A DNA stretch of 63,946 bases, the filler included, from Blastocystis sp. subtype 4 (taxonomy: Eukaryota): the NCBI RefSeq assembly GCF_000743755.1. It is 4 parts of 4 records of this genome, joined end to end, with 100 filler letters (N's around TTAATTAATTAA, not from the genome) between each part and the next. Parts side by side here need not be neighbours in the genome. Positions count along the whole stretch, not along the records: positions 17,964 to 35,686 come from NW_014569321.1; positions 35,787 to 53,433 come from NW_014569320.1; 2 more parts are not named here. The stretch is one strand, 5' to 3'. Numbering within the stretch: position 1 is the first letter of the stretch; each line of letters opens with the position of its first letter. Positions 27,161 through 39,743 of the stretch are shown here, one piece after another. The translations under genes were made by a program, and so were the position numbers. The notes beneath the pieces were generated by a model. That model had not been told where the DNA came from, made no database searches, and saw nothing but the letters and a program-made list of their open reading frames with translations.

Positions 27161-27871
27161 ATGGACACTCCTGTCTCGTTGCTATAGATTGTATGATATC
27201 TAGATTACAACTGTAAACGATTTCATAGAAGAGTATAAGGATTTCTCTGTGGGAGAGATGAAACCTGCTCTTGATGTGCTATTTCACTCTTATGATTATG
27301 AGAAGGAGCAGTTGCAAATAATGGATACAATGTCATCGGATGAATATAAGAATTTGGTGACCGCATACAAAACGAATCGAACGATGGCTCTGCGGTTGAA
27401 ATCAGATCTTTTATGTTGTAAATGTAAAAATAGTTTGGTTCAATCCATGGATAATGGTTCCAAAGAGGAAGTAGTGTTATTTGGATGTGGTCATGCGATT
27501 CATCGTTCTTGTTTGGATACTATGCGATGTCCTGTTGAAGGATGTTGGGATGGGATCGATACGGCAGAATCATCCGCAGGTCGTCGTCATTCGACAAGTG
27601 TTTCTATCTCTCTGGTATGTTTCATTGGATGATTCTTATACGTAGTCCAAATCTGAGGAGGAAACGGAAACAGTTGAACCATCAATTGTTGTAATTTGTA
27701 TATGGAGTGACTTGTAGGAGGAATTGATAAAGAATATCGATTCGGGAGAAATAGCTGGAACATCCTCGACACTCAGTGTAGTGGCACCAACACCAAGTGC
27801 TATCTATCGGAGGAGGTGGTTGCTTAAAGCTGTGAATATGAGTTCATGTTTGGAAATGGATGTAAATATTT
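27161..27871 (+). CDS. Small protein matching the Vps8 C-terminal helix plus RING-H2 region
   Basis: MDTP|ITTVNDF..GEMKPALDVLFHSYDYEKEQLQ..CCKC..VVLFGCGHAIHRSCL..CP. Probably ends at a poly(A)-made stop at 27871. Confidence 0.65.
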
Positions 27872-27892
27872 CTCATGTTTGTACGAAACACA

Positions 27893-30800
27893 TCAACCTA
27901 GTGCTAATCGACTCTTCCTCTTCTTTGTTACTGGACCCTTCTTTTCTAGTAACTGTGGTAAGATTTGAACAGAAACAGAAACTTGTTTCCCCTCCACAGT
28001 GTCATTAATGTATCTAGCTAAGTCACGACATTTCTCCTCCATAGAATCTTCCAGATTCTGTCTCCTAATAACGTTGTTTAAATAGCAAATCAAACTATCA
28101 ACAATTCCTTGCTGACGTTCTGTCGAGTACAATCGCAGAGATTTCAATGCTTGACTAAAGAATCGAAACATATCGTCTTCATGTGCGTATTCCCAGGCAC
28201 TAAATACCATCTGACTGAACGTCGTAAACTGAAGTCCTTCTGCTAACAACGTCTATGTGAAACTCCTCAATATCTCTCACTTCGATCAATACCAGATCAG
28301 GTTGACATTCCTTAGCCAAATCACAAATGGCTTTGAAAACAATACTTCGCTTAGTCGGTTCCAAGTCATCTGTCATTGTAAACAGAGTTTTCGTTGATTT
28401 ATTGATCTTGTCGTAAATAAATTGACCATGCGAGTAGAAATCCCAAAACCATTTTCTATATTTCATAAGTACGATACTCTCTTACAATTCCTGAATAGAG
28501 AACTCAGGAATGAATGAGAAGGATTTGATATCATCATATGTCATAAGCACCACAACAGAATTCTCCAACATGGGAGCATAGAGAGATTGAAGAGATGAGT
28601 CATCGTGAAGGAAGAATACAAGCAATAACAAAGGATATCTCCATATGGGCACAAAGATAACGAATTACAGGCACAATACGTAACTGTTTTCGAAGAAATT
28701 TCAGACAAAATGGAATGACAAAAAGAATCACGAAAATGACAGACGATTCTTCCTCTAGTTATAAGCTACTCTCTATTAGAAATACCTTCACTTCGAAGCA
28801 TATCAAGAATAAGACTACTAGAGAGAATTCCTTCGAGAATATCTCCAAAACCCTTTCCATCCTCTGTAAACAAAGCTAACACTTTGCTAGCAAGCGCTTC
28901 ACCATCAGGATTTGTTTCGATTGCATAATAATCGTAGAGAATTCGTTGTAATGATATTAGATCATTCTGTCGATTAATCACGGGAATATCCTCCAATCCT
29001 TTTAACATGGCTCCTCGTAATAACTCTGTCAGAATCCAATAGTCAAGAAGAGAACAGGAAGACCGGCAATGGGACAATAGATCACGAAGAATAGAATCTA
29101 CACTCCATCAAAGAACAAATTCATACCATTCTCAATGAGAAGTTCAGATACTGCTTGTGACAATGAATCACTGAACAAGCAGGATCCTTGATGATCATAG
29201 TATAGTCCAATCACTGAAGCAATGCGATCTATTGATCAAATCTCCAATATGCTTACAATCCTCTCGTTCGTGAATTGACACTAGATACAGTTTCATTTCA
29301 TCTTTGCTGTACTTCTCTAACACACTCAGCATCTGTCTTGATTCAGCTGTCAATCCTTCATTCGATTCCTCTCCTTCAATACGTTGACGCTTGCTTTCTG
29401 GTTGAATCAGGGTTGGCTGGACGATGGAAGAGGATTTCAGTTGCATAAGAAGGTTCTGGACATCCAGAGGGAACTGAAGGAGATTCGAATCCCACCATGT
29501 CTGAGAAGGCTGTTGTGAAACTGATGTTTTGAAGAAGGAAAAAATCCCTAGAATAATTGGGTTGGTTCTGTGAATAAGGAGATATCCCAGTCCTTACTGA
29601 GAGGATACAGCAAGACGAAGGCCCATTCGGATAAGCTCGATCACATTGATCCCATGATCGGATTTCAGATTGGTAGTCTAAATGAAAGGAAGAAGTTATT
29701 CAAACTTGAGTGATATACCGTGTGAAGATATCTCGAACTGAAGTCTGTAACTGTATCAGGAGTAATAAGAATAGAGCATCAATCACTAAACTTATAATTA
29801 TCAGATACATTCATACCATCTCGATTTGTGACTCGTTGATTTGAAGCTGAAGCAGGCATAGTGATTAAACGAACATACTGAACACAGTAGTCAATAACAG
29901 TATCTGTGATAGTCTCTGACCCATATTTCAACAGACATAACCGTAACTAATTCTCAATCTGTTCATTATTCTCTTACCACTGTTATCACAGCAGAATTCC
30001 AGATAGTATTGGAATTCTTGTAAATCAACAAACCATGTAACAGTCCTTGAATCACTGTCCCATCTAATCGTTTCTGTTCATGAATTCCTGTGTAGAATGT
30101 CTCGATATTCCGCTTAATCTCACTTTCAGGAGATAGAGCGTAGAAATCCACAGAAGCCGTAGTTCCGAGAAGCGATTGAACGTATGGCGTATCTAAAGAA
30201 TAAGATAATCCATGAGAGAAAACCTTGGAGAAGCAACTGATAGAATGATTTAATCGAAGGTTGGTACATGCGGAGAATGTGAAGAAAGAACAGACTATCA
30301 ACACCACAACGCAAGAATCCATCTCGATCGAGTGTATAAATCTTCTGAATGAGTAGAGATTCACGTTCAGAAAAATCAGGAGCGATGAAGACATGATCAT
30401 AACACTTACGAAGACACCACTAGAGACTCATAGAATCAAGACACTAATACGAGAAGAATTGTGGGAACTGTTAATGTCTCGTTCTGAGTTTTTGCATTCG
30501 CGATAATACCAGCGATATTAGGTTCGAGACAATCAAGAATGCGCTGTGTTAACCACATATTGGACTGACTAATGTAACAACATTGAGACTAGTTGTAACA
30601 ACACATCCCACTGATGTACTAGAGAGAGGAGCTGAGGTGTCATTCGACATATATATGGAAATTGTGTGGAGTAGATCGTATTGAATGCTTGCATCATCTA
30701 CTGATCAGTCTTGCGAATTGTCTCTACAGCTACTCGGGAGTCAGGACCCAGTTCTCTGTAGTAACCAAGACACTTTTTGATTGCATCAAGAGCAACCGAT

Positions 30801-31067
30801 GTGTAATTCGAGACGATACAACGATCGATAATGTCTTTCACACATTCTTTATTTGTTAGGATAATGTATCTGCAAGTTAGGATTTTCAAGAAAGACTACA
30901 CTGTCGATTTGAAAATGACTGTCTTTGTCGGATCTACTCCTCCTTTTGCCTTTACATCATTTGCAATTCATGATTCAGTACCTTTTCAATTTCTGCGAAT
31001 CGATTCTCTTCAGGAAAGGAACAATAGAACTCATAAACACTCTTTAAATCCTAGAACCATTATTATA
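27893..31067 (-). CDS. Multi-exon hypothetical helical protein (one gene or more)
   Basis: Chain of minus-strand ORFs (30698-30889, 29966-30400, 29195-29446, 28766-29077, 28200-28466, 27893-28249) separated by ~30-nt GT-AG gaps. No family recognised, and the 5' end is uncertain. Confidence 0.5.
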
Positions 31068-31274
31068 ACATCATATCAATTACCTGTTCCTTCGCTAGTG
31101 TTACTGGATTCGTAATGTTGAACAGGACAGCTTTTGTTTCCCCCATCACTCAAAACAAAGTATTCCTGTTAGATACAAATAGAATAACTGAAGATGAAGA
31201 ATAAACAATTCCAGAACTGACAAATCTTATGTTCGTTGAAACAAACATATCAAAGGCAGTCAAGCGCATCCAAA

Positions 31275-32823
31275 TTATTCATCTTCTTCCTCATCATCAT
31301 CTCGCTTCACATGCAGATCGAGATGCTCGCCAGTAACCTGCTTATACACAGCTAGCACATCTTCTGCAACAGTCTCAAAATGACTACATATCAATCACTT
31401 CATCCTTAGATACCTAGTAGCATCATAGCTTGTGGTCATGAACACATTGCTCTTCTTAGTGGCTGAACGAGGACGATAGGTAGTAACAACACTGTCAAAA
31501 CGATCAATGATCTTTCCAAGAAGATCAATTCCTGGCTGAACTTCCTTCTCAGGTTTCTTCGTTTCCACAGTTGTTGACACAATGGCAATATACAATCCCT
31601 TCGGACACACCTTATGCTTGTAACTCACACAAGACACATAGATATCAGATTCTCGTTTCTTGTATCCAGCCAATTCCACTTGTTTTGCTGGAATGATGAT
31701 TTGACAACTCTTCGCACCATCCACAGCCTCAATAGGATGATTAAGCAGGCAAATACTACGGACTACACGACCTGTCTTCTTCATCAAATCCTCGTTGAAA
31801 TATGAAGGATCACCAATGAGAATCTTAGCACGAGCAGCTTGACCTTGAGACACAACACCAGCAACCTTCTCATTTTCATATTCGATGGAATCAATATCAC
31901 TACAAATAAAGCCACTCAATCATATGTACTGATTAAGAATAAACACACCACCATTCAGACCACACAGACGAGAGAATCCTTCAGGTAAACCACCAAGACC
32001 ATAGAGAGGATAGATGAATGGGGATTTGCCATAGGCATTCACAGAGTAACCATACAACTTGATGGCCTTCACAGTCTCGGTAGCAGGTTCGTCCAAATAC
32101 TCATCATTCAGATGGAGAGCCATTGCGTGACCTGTAAAGTCCTGACTGTTGTCATCAAGACCGTATTTCTTGTACAACTCTCGAGTCGTCATTCGATTCA
32201 AAGGAACATCCTCATCACTATCTACACCATCCTCACCAGGGATCTCCATCTTATCAATTCCAGTCAAGAAACTCTTGTACTTCAGTTTCTGCATAAAAGA
32301 CAGCAAGGGGGTATTCATGGCTTCTTCAACCGTAGAAGGCATCTTAGCTACTTGTTTCGTCTTTCCTGAGAATACATAACTTCCTTCGACACACTGGAAC
32401 TCCAGATAATTGGTAACGCCAGTGATATATAGAATGTCACTGAGTTTTCCACAAGACATCAAAAACTTTGGAATAAGATCTACACAATAGTCTCTGCTGC
32501 TTCCAAGCTTCTTCAAAATCTTCTCTTCAGGCATATCACCCTTGAAACGCTTGTACAATTCCTATGGATCAAGAATAACTGCACACAACCCAACCTCCAA
32601 ATTGAGTGACGCGCAATCTCCTCCATAATACCCATTTCGATCTAAAACCATCACCTACAGGATAATGGAAGCATTTCACATTTACTTTCATTCCCTTCTT
32701 CGATAGAAGTCCAGCTAACATACATTCCTTCAATCCTGTTCCCAGAATGATACAATCGTATTGACCATCTGCAAGCATGGGGTACGTCTTTCCATTCAAT
32801 TCAATTGTTTGCTCAGCTGACAT
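31275..32823 (-). CDS. GDI1: Rab GDP-dissociation inhibitor
   Basis: YDCIILGTGLKEC, RDYCVDLIPKFLM, GKSPFIYPLYGLGGLPEGFSRL, SCQIIIPAKQ, SYDAT. Confidence 0.96.
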
Positions 32824-32974
32824 TTCTTCGATTTACTTTCTCTATAGTCTGATTATGGATCTCATGTATAGTATGAAATATCATAATTCTAATGAACCAC
32901 TGAACGTTTACACAAGAAACAGTAAAAACTACAAAAAGAAAGCCACAAAAGGAAAATGCATTCATCTATGTACT

Positions 32975-34005
32975 CTAATAGGGATGAAATGCCTTCACAA
33001 AAAAGGGATGTTGGAGAGCTTCCGCAGCAGTCGGTCGTTTATCAGGATCCCATAGCAATAAACTCGAAAGCAGATTAAGTGCCTCGTAACTGGCATGAGG
33101 AAACAACGAAGAAAGATCGACTGCCATGAACTATCGATTACACCTGTTCTCTTTCCATACCTCTGGAAATATGAAATGGAGCCGGTTCGCGAGAATACAT
33201 CCCTCTTTCCAAGTTTCTGTTGTTGGTGAACCCAGAATACTGCAGATCTTATACAGTTGGTCTTCTTCGTTTGATCCAGGGAAAAGAGGCGATAATGACA
33301 TCAGCTCCGCCATAATACAACCGCATGCCCAAAGGTCAACTGCTGAGTTATACCGTTTGGATCGTAGAAGGATTTCTGGAGCTCTATACCATCGAGTGGA
33401 AATATATTCTGTATATGGAGGTCGGCTGTTTGTTTCACGTGCCAAACCAAAATCAGCAATCTTAATGTTGTCTCCCTTCACAAGTAAATTCTCTGGTTTA
33501 ATATCACGATGGAATATGTTCTGTTGATGAAGATATGCGAGTCCTTGTAAGAGTTGATACCTACTAGTCATATGGACTTCCTAAGTGTACATAATACTTC
33601 TCACTTGATCTTCAGAAAAGTTGGTACTCCGATCCTTCATACATTCGTACAGGTTAGCACTCATGTATTCCATTACAAAGAAAAGTGTGCTTCTTTCTCG
33701 AATCACCTCTCGCATTGCAACAATGTTGGGATGTCGAATACGCATCATCACCTACAACATTAAAAACCAGATAAAGAATCCAATTACTTTGACTTCTCGC
33801 AAATTCATGCTTTCTTCCCAAGAAATGTATTCCCTCTTTATTCGTTTTATGGCAACCTAACCATCAAGTATGGCAGGAATCAAGTACAACCTCTCCAGTT
33901 TGTATATTCGATGCTTTGAGAACCGTTCCAAAAGTCCCATCTCCAACTCTCTGAATAATCTGTAAATCACAAACAAATCAATTTTCATACCTTATACCGA
34001 TCCAT
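32975..34005 (-). CDS. MAK/ICK-family (RCK) CMGC kinase
   Basis: [55 protein letters not shown]. Confidence 0.92.
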
Positions 34006-34103
34006 CCACGTACTAATGGATCTAAAACGGTAAAAAGATAGAATACACAAAACTAAGAATAATCAAACCCCGAGCATATCATCTGTATAACAAACATCAT
34101 TAA

Positions 34104-35480
34104 CTAGATAAAGTGATCTGTTGGATAGTTATGATCCAGTCCATTATAATCAAAAGTCAAAATTTCTCCTGGTTTGATATCTCGGAGAGCGATAAGCAAC
34201 ACATGGAGGGAGTTATCGATTACGTATCTCGCACTCCGAACATTCTACTAATTACCATTCCGTTCTAATTCTACTTGTTTCTTCTTTGATTGTTCACTAC
34301 TATTGTTGACGCCACTTAGATAACGAGCAAGATTCCCCACTTTCTCTGGAATAATTACCAGAGAGGTTTTTGGATTGCTACAGACTCATAATCTAGATGA
34401 TCCTTCCTACCCACTTCGCAGCAAATCCATGATGCTATCGTTACTGTTCTGTTCATTCTTTGCAAGAATATCCACTTCTCCGATGTACTCCGTAATGTAT
34501 GTATCCTTCCTGATAATCTCATCAGCGATCACAATAAACCTATTCATTGCAACCACTCACAGCAAGTACCCCTGGATATCATCTTCACGAACAATGACAG
34601 GAGCCATGAATCCCTCCCGATTCATCTTCAAAGTAGCATCATATACAGCCCTATCTCCCTTCGACATTTCCTTCAGTAGATGACGTTGCTCATCGAACTT
34701 CATAGAGTTCATCGATTTGGGGCATCCCTCTCGATATACCAGTTCATTGCTATACGCGATGCCCTGTTGACTCATAGCTGAGGCTAATGCTACATGCTGA
34801 AGTTTGATTTTGTTTGGATCTGTTGAAGGAACGTAACATTTCAAGAGACTCTTTCCCTTGGGAGCCGAGGGAGCTGTCATAACAGCCATTTCTACAATCA
34901 CAACGTAGCAACATATCTACTTGGCATCGTCGATCTCCGGAAGTTGTATCTCACAGGTACAGGGATTGGTCGTTCGAGTTTGAAGAAATCAACTATTAAA
35001 GACTGGTTCTCTTGGTACCGAGCTAAATTCCTGTAATATTTGCGTTTCTGATTCTCTCGGCAAGCATCACAGAACCACTCTCCAGAAGGGACTGAGGGAA
35101 GGATCGGTTTCAAGCAATACAAGTGAAATCCCTTATTACATTTGTCACAGATAATGATACTATCTTCGTTTTCTCCCTTACCACAGATATCACACAGCAT
35201 GGTATTGAAAGCTAATGCACCCAGAGGAACTATGCCTCCCAACCTTGCGAGTTGTCGCAAATGACCAACTGTAATCCCTGCAGTTTCCTCTCGCAGCACC
35301 TTGTACTTGACAGATGTTGTAGGAGTACTATATGCGGTGAAATAGGTATCAATCTTCAATTGGTTTGATAAATCTGCTTCAACTCGTGATCTTCGGCCAG
35401 GTTTAGGACCCACACTAATACTTATCGTCAGATGAATCTTCATACATTCGGCTCCTAACACGACTGGTTGCCGTCGACAT
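34104..35480 (-). CDS. ATXR5/6-type PHD-PIP-SET histone H3K27 monomethyltransferase
   Basis: PHD CDIC..CDKCNKGFHLYCL..GEWFCDAC, PIP box QSLIVDFF, SET ITEYIGEVD..DSIMDLL..GNLARYLSGVNN, and C-terminus DYNGLDHNYPTDHFI*. Confidence 0.88.
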
Positions 35481-35686
35481 CTAAACCGAAATTGTCTTGG
35501 TGATTTGAAAAAACCCACGATTCTTATTTGCATTGGAAATTGTTCTATTGGCAGGATACCACAATCATAGTCCATTGGGAGAGTTTAGATGGAATCCATA
35601 GAATCCCATCTCCTCTTCAAACAATGTTTATGAATGGAATCTACAGATTGGAAACAATAGAAATAATGGATTAGAAGAGTTCATCA

Positions 35687-35786
35687 NNNNNNNNNNNNNN
35701 NNNNNNNNNNNNNNNNNNNNNNNNNNNNNNTTAATTAATTAANNNNNNNNNNNNNNNNNNNNNNNNNNNNNNNNNNNNNNNNNNNN
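35687..35786. other. Artificial contig linker
   Basis: 44 N + TTAATTAATTAA + 44 N. Confidence 0.97.
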
Positions 35787-35891
35787 ATTTGTTGAAGTAA
35801 CACGGCTCTATCTATGTGTTACTTACTTGACGAATATTCAACGTAAAGGAGTATTTCCTGAATCGTTTGGTATCAAATGAGAACCTGAATT
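35787..35891. repeat. Inverted repeat, left arm (105 bp)
   Basis: Reverse complement of 37399-37503 with one mismatch. Confidence 0.95.
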
Positions 35892-36125
35892 AATAAGAAA
35901 CTGAACACAGTCTCTAAAAATGATGAGAATAAGAAAGAACTACAAATGCCCATTTGCAGAAGCATTATGAAGTGCTGTAGTTCCAAATTCATCTTTCAGA
36001 TCGACATTGAATCCCTGCTGAACCATTTGTTGAAGCGTTCCTAATTCTCCAAATCTGGCTATAGGAATGATCTAAAAATAGAACCAGAAGTTACCTGCAT
36101 CGACAAACTGTTCGACGAGTTCCAT
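35787..36125 (-). CDS. Yar1-like ankyrin-repeat protein, 5' half (cut by contig end)
   Basis: Spliced: MELVEQFVDAARFGEL..DEFGTTALHNASANGHLDCVQFLINSGSHLIPNDSGNTPLHRAVLLQQ. Confidence 0.8.
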
Positions 36126-36205
36126 TTGAAGTTGAAAGTGAATATGTAAATAGACTTGGAAATTATTAATCCAAATAATTGTAGATTGTGTATGGACAAG
36201 CTTGC

Positions 36206-37276
36206 TTATTCAAGGTAGGAAACAGAAGAAAGAAAAAGACTCAGCACAGCAGTAATGTCATCAGGTTTTCCTCCTTCGTATTTAAATCCGCATTCAGTTG
36301 CTTCATGTTCAAAAGGAGATTGATTGTTACTACAACTGCATTTCAATGTCACTCCAACAATAGCATTCACCATTTCCTGTAGATTTTCCTGTTTTGTCTT
36401 ATCTGTATCTGAAGGGAATCCATCTTTCCAAAATGTATTCAAGAGAGTCATCAGATCTCTTGGCCAAAGATTATCAAACAGTCCATCAGAAGCAACAAGA
36501 CACAAATCACCCGGAATTACATCCAATAAATCTGAAAGACCGTTTGCTGGCTATAAATTACAGGAAATCGACACAGTCACGTTATCTGCTCCTTTGCCTA
36601 CTTGAAAAGGAAAATTAAAACTGTGACACTGCTTGGGCGTGAAGTCGTGAATACACCATTCTTTGACATCACTCAACGGTTTCCCTGTTTCCTTGTCTCG
36701 AGGTTGTTCATACCGAAGAATGTAGAGACCACTATCACCAATGTTATAAAAATACACTTTGTTGTTCGTTCCCACTGAAACGGAGCAGAGAGTACTGCTT
36801 CCTAATTTCTATATATCATGTTCATAGACAGCAGATACCACTGAGTCACATGTAGATTGCGTTGCAGCAATTGCTTTCCACTTTAGGTCCTCTTTACTCG
36901 CTACTGGTTTTGTTATTGCTTTATTCATGTTTTCGACCAACTATATATGATATAAAGAAAAGAACCCCTGCTGTCCGAGAAAACTCACCGGGATCTACAC
37001 CGTGTTGTCTCCATCCTCCAACACCATCTGCAACGCCGAATGCATAATCTAGAGGTCAAAAAGGAAAGCCAAAAGCATACTGGACATAAAGAATGCATCT
37101 TCTCCTCGTTTCTTTTCAGGATGTGGGATGGACTGAGCTGCAGAGACAATACGGAGGTACTGAATAGGGGCCTGAGATATTGATAAACATCGAGACACCT
37201 AATTCTGTTAGCAAGTCGATAAAAATGAAACTGGAATGGTAAGAAGGAAACAATTCAGAGCATGGCGTGATAGCAT
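36206..37276 (-). CDS. PTC7: PTC7-type PP2C phosphatase, possible N-terminal organellar presequence
   Basis: IPHPEKKRGEDAFF, GVADGVGGW..GVDPGEFSR, GSST, NIGDSG, QCHSFNFPFQVG, ASDGLFDNL, GGKPDDITAV. Starts MLSRHAL. Confidence 0.92.
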
Positions 37277-37398
37277 ACTTCAACAGGTAATAATGATCAT
37301 TAGTCACACTCTACACCTAACATAGAAATCTAAACTTGGAGGTTGGGTACATGAGTTTAGGTATTTACTAGTGAAAAATCACTGAATGAAGCAGAATC

Positions 37399-37503
37399 AA
37401 TTCGGGTTCTCATTTGATACCAAACGATTCAGGAAATACTCCTTTACGTTGAATATTCGTCAAGTAAGTAACACATAGATAGAGCCGTGTTACTTCAACA
37501 AAT
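37399..37503. repeat. Inverted repeat, right arm (105 bp)
   Basis: Reverse complement of 35787-35891. Confidence 0.95.
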
Positions 37504-37723
37504 CGATGTTGTGAAGATGATTTTGAACAAGATGTCAGATGTGGATGTTCTTCAAGTAAGTCTGAGAATCAGTGATAAAGTGTAGAAGAACATGTTTGGT
37601 CAAAGTGCTGTTGATATCGCATTTCAAACAGGAAATGAATCGATAATTGATATACTCTTGAGTCATGATTCAGCAAAGGCCTTAGAAGAGAGTGTGGGAT
37701 ATACTGAAAACGAAGAAGCATAA
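37399..37723 (+). pseudogene. Yar1-like ankyrin protein, 3' half without start
   Basis: NSGSHLIPNDSGNTPLH|RAVLLQQIDVVKMIL..KNMFGQSAVDIAFQTGNESIIDILL..EEA*. In-frame TGA and no ATG upstream. TGTTTGTT at 37740-37747. Confidence 0.7.
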
Positions 37724-37747
37724 TCTATCATTTAGAAGTTGTTTGTT

Positions 37748-38345
37748 ATGGTTCGACGGAGTCCTCGAAAGACAATTCCAAAGAGATTCAGTCATTCTAT
37801 TCCTATTCCAGAGGCAATCACATTCACCATCCTCACTCCATCGATTACTCAACGGATTTCCACCTATATAGAAACACCTGTTTCTGTTCCTTCATCTACA
37901 AACCAGGAAACTGCTGAATCAAGTCCCTCTTCCTCGGAACCAACCCATTCATCAACATCCGTATCTTTGTGGCTTGTATTCCATTTAGGGTTCTGATGGA
38001 TCGGGCGAGGAAGAGAGTTGGAATCAAAAAAGATCGATAAGCAAGAAGATCTGTTTATCATGTGGAACGAAGAAAACGCCTCGATGGCACAAGTCTCGTT
38101 TTCTCTGTGATCGACCCCATGAACTCTTTTGCAATGCTTGCGCAATCCGAATCAAGAAGTATCACTTGATATGTGCATACTGTCATTTTGCTCTCAACAG
38201 AGACCAGGCATCTCACGGATCCTGCCCTCATTGTCACCATCGTTTTATAAATCTCATTGATGAATCAGAGGTTAAAATGAATGTAGGGAAACATGATAGG
38301 ATCCACCACTAGGCATATTCGAATCAACTCGATTCTGTATTAGCT
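37748..38345 (+). CDS. Hypothetical Ser/Thr-rich protein
   Basis: ATG at 37748 opens MVRRSPRKTIPKRF..., followed by apparent short introns. No family recognised and the 3' end is uncertain. Confidence 0.35.
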
Positions 38346-38385
38346 GGAGCCTCTCACTATCTAGGTTTATTATAACAAACAATGA

Positions 38386-39634
38386 AATATTCCTCACTCT
38401 CACATTCATCTCCTTCTCCATCTTTCACTAGTTCACAACGCATTACACTTTCATATAACGCATTCTCGCTCATATTTTCACCAATACTGATTGATGCACC
38501 TTCTTTCCTTCGAGTTACACGACCTCCGCCTGCTATAATCACCGATTCAACCTCTTCTCGTTTGGCTCGAGTTCCCTTCCCTACGAATATTGTTCCACAA
38601 TCTGCAAAGACACCCATTCCTTTCTCTTTCCTCCTTCGTATCCCTTCTTCTGCCAAAGGATCGATATACTCTGCTATTGGCTTCCATTGATCATTTTCTA
38701 GACTATCATACAACCAATTCCTTGTAATAACCGTTCCACCTGAAGCAACAGCACATAAAAACTACATGTAACGAAATGAAAGAAATACCACTTTGATACT
38801 CCGAGCACTTCGACCAGCAACTAAAATATCCACCTTCTTTGCAGCGTTTCCTTGAACGAGGGTATAGCCGCCTAGAGTTAACACGAGATGGGCCATAACA
38901 TCGTTATCCTCCTCAGATAACATGGTACCACCGATTCGAGGAGTATTTGCAACAGCCTTTTCCGTTTCCTTATGTGACTGAACATCTTTCTTTTCCTTTT
39001 TTTGAGTTGTTTTGAATCCTTTGTCCTTTATTGACTTTCCTGGAACAGTTTCTTTCTCCTTGGTTGTTTTTCCTGGAGTATTCTCTTTCCTCCTCTCTAT
39101 CATATTTGCCTTTGTATCTTCATCCATCTTCTTTTCTTCGGCTTCATTGACTACCACATCGTTTTTAGTTTCTTCTTTGAACTTCTCATTCTGTGAAGGA
39201 CTCTGAAATCGAGAAACTTCGCCGGATTTGAAAGGTTCGACATCACTAACTGAAGTTGATAATCCTCCAAATTATTAGATTCATCAATTGTGTACGCAGA
39301 CTATTCATTCGGCTTGTTGATTCTGTTCGTTGTGATAAGGTGGATGAACGACGAATTCCAAGAGTCTTTTTGGATCCAGAAGCCTTTGGAACTTCAATTG
39401 AAAATAGTCGGGATGATTGCTGAGATAACGAGCCAAGACCCGGGAAATCAACCGATGAAGGAGGACTCACAGTTGTTTCCGAAGATACATCATTCTTTGT
39501 AGAAGACTGTGATGCTGGACGAATAGCGTTGCACAGACTACACCTGCCCACTGATGTTGGATTTGAATAAGAACCTATGTATCAAAGTGAGTCCTTATCC
39601 TATTACAGGATGCACAAACCCATGAAGTATTCAT
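38386..39634 (-). CDS. BRCT-domain protein with N-terminal RanBP2-type zinc finger
   Basis: WVCASC..N....RCSLC finger. C-terminal BRCT-like RSIK..CAVASGG..ITRNWLYDSL and VIIAGGGRVT. Probably ends ECESEEY through a poly(A)-made stop. Confidence 0.7.
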
Positions 39635-39743
39635 TTGAAAATGAAACTAGTGAGGGTTCTTTTAGGTAGTTACTAGAAACACCTGTCGTATGTGGTACTC
39701 ACTTTCGTTGAATTGTATATGACAACAAACACATCTAGACAAA

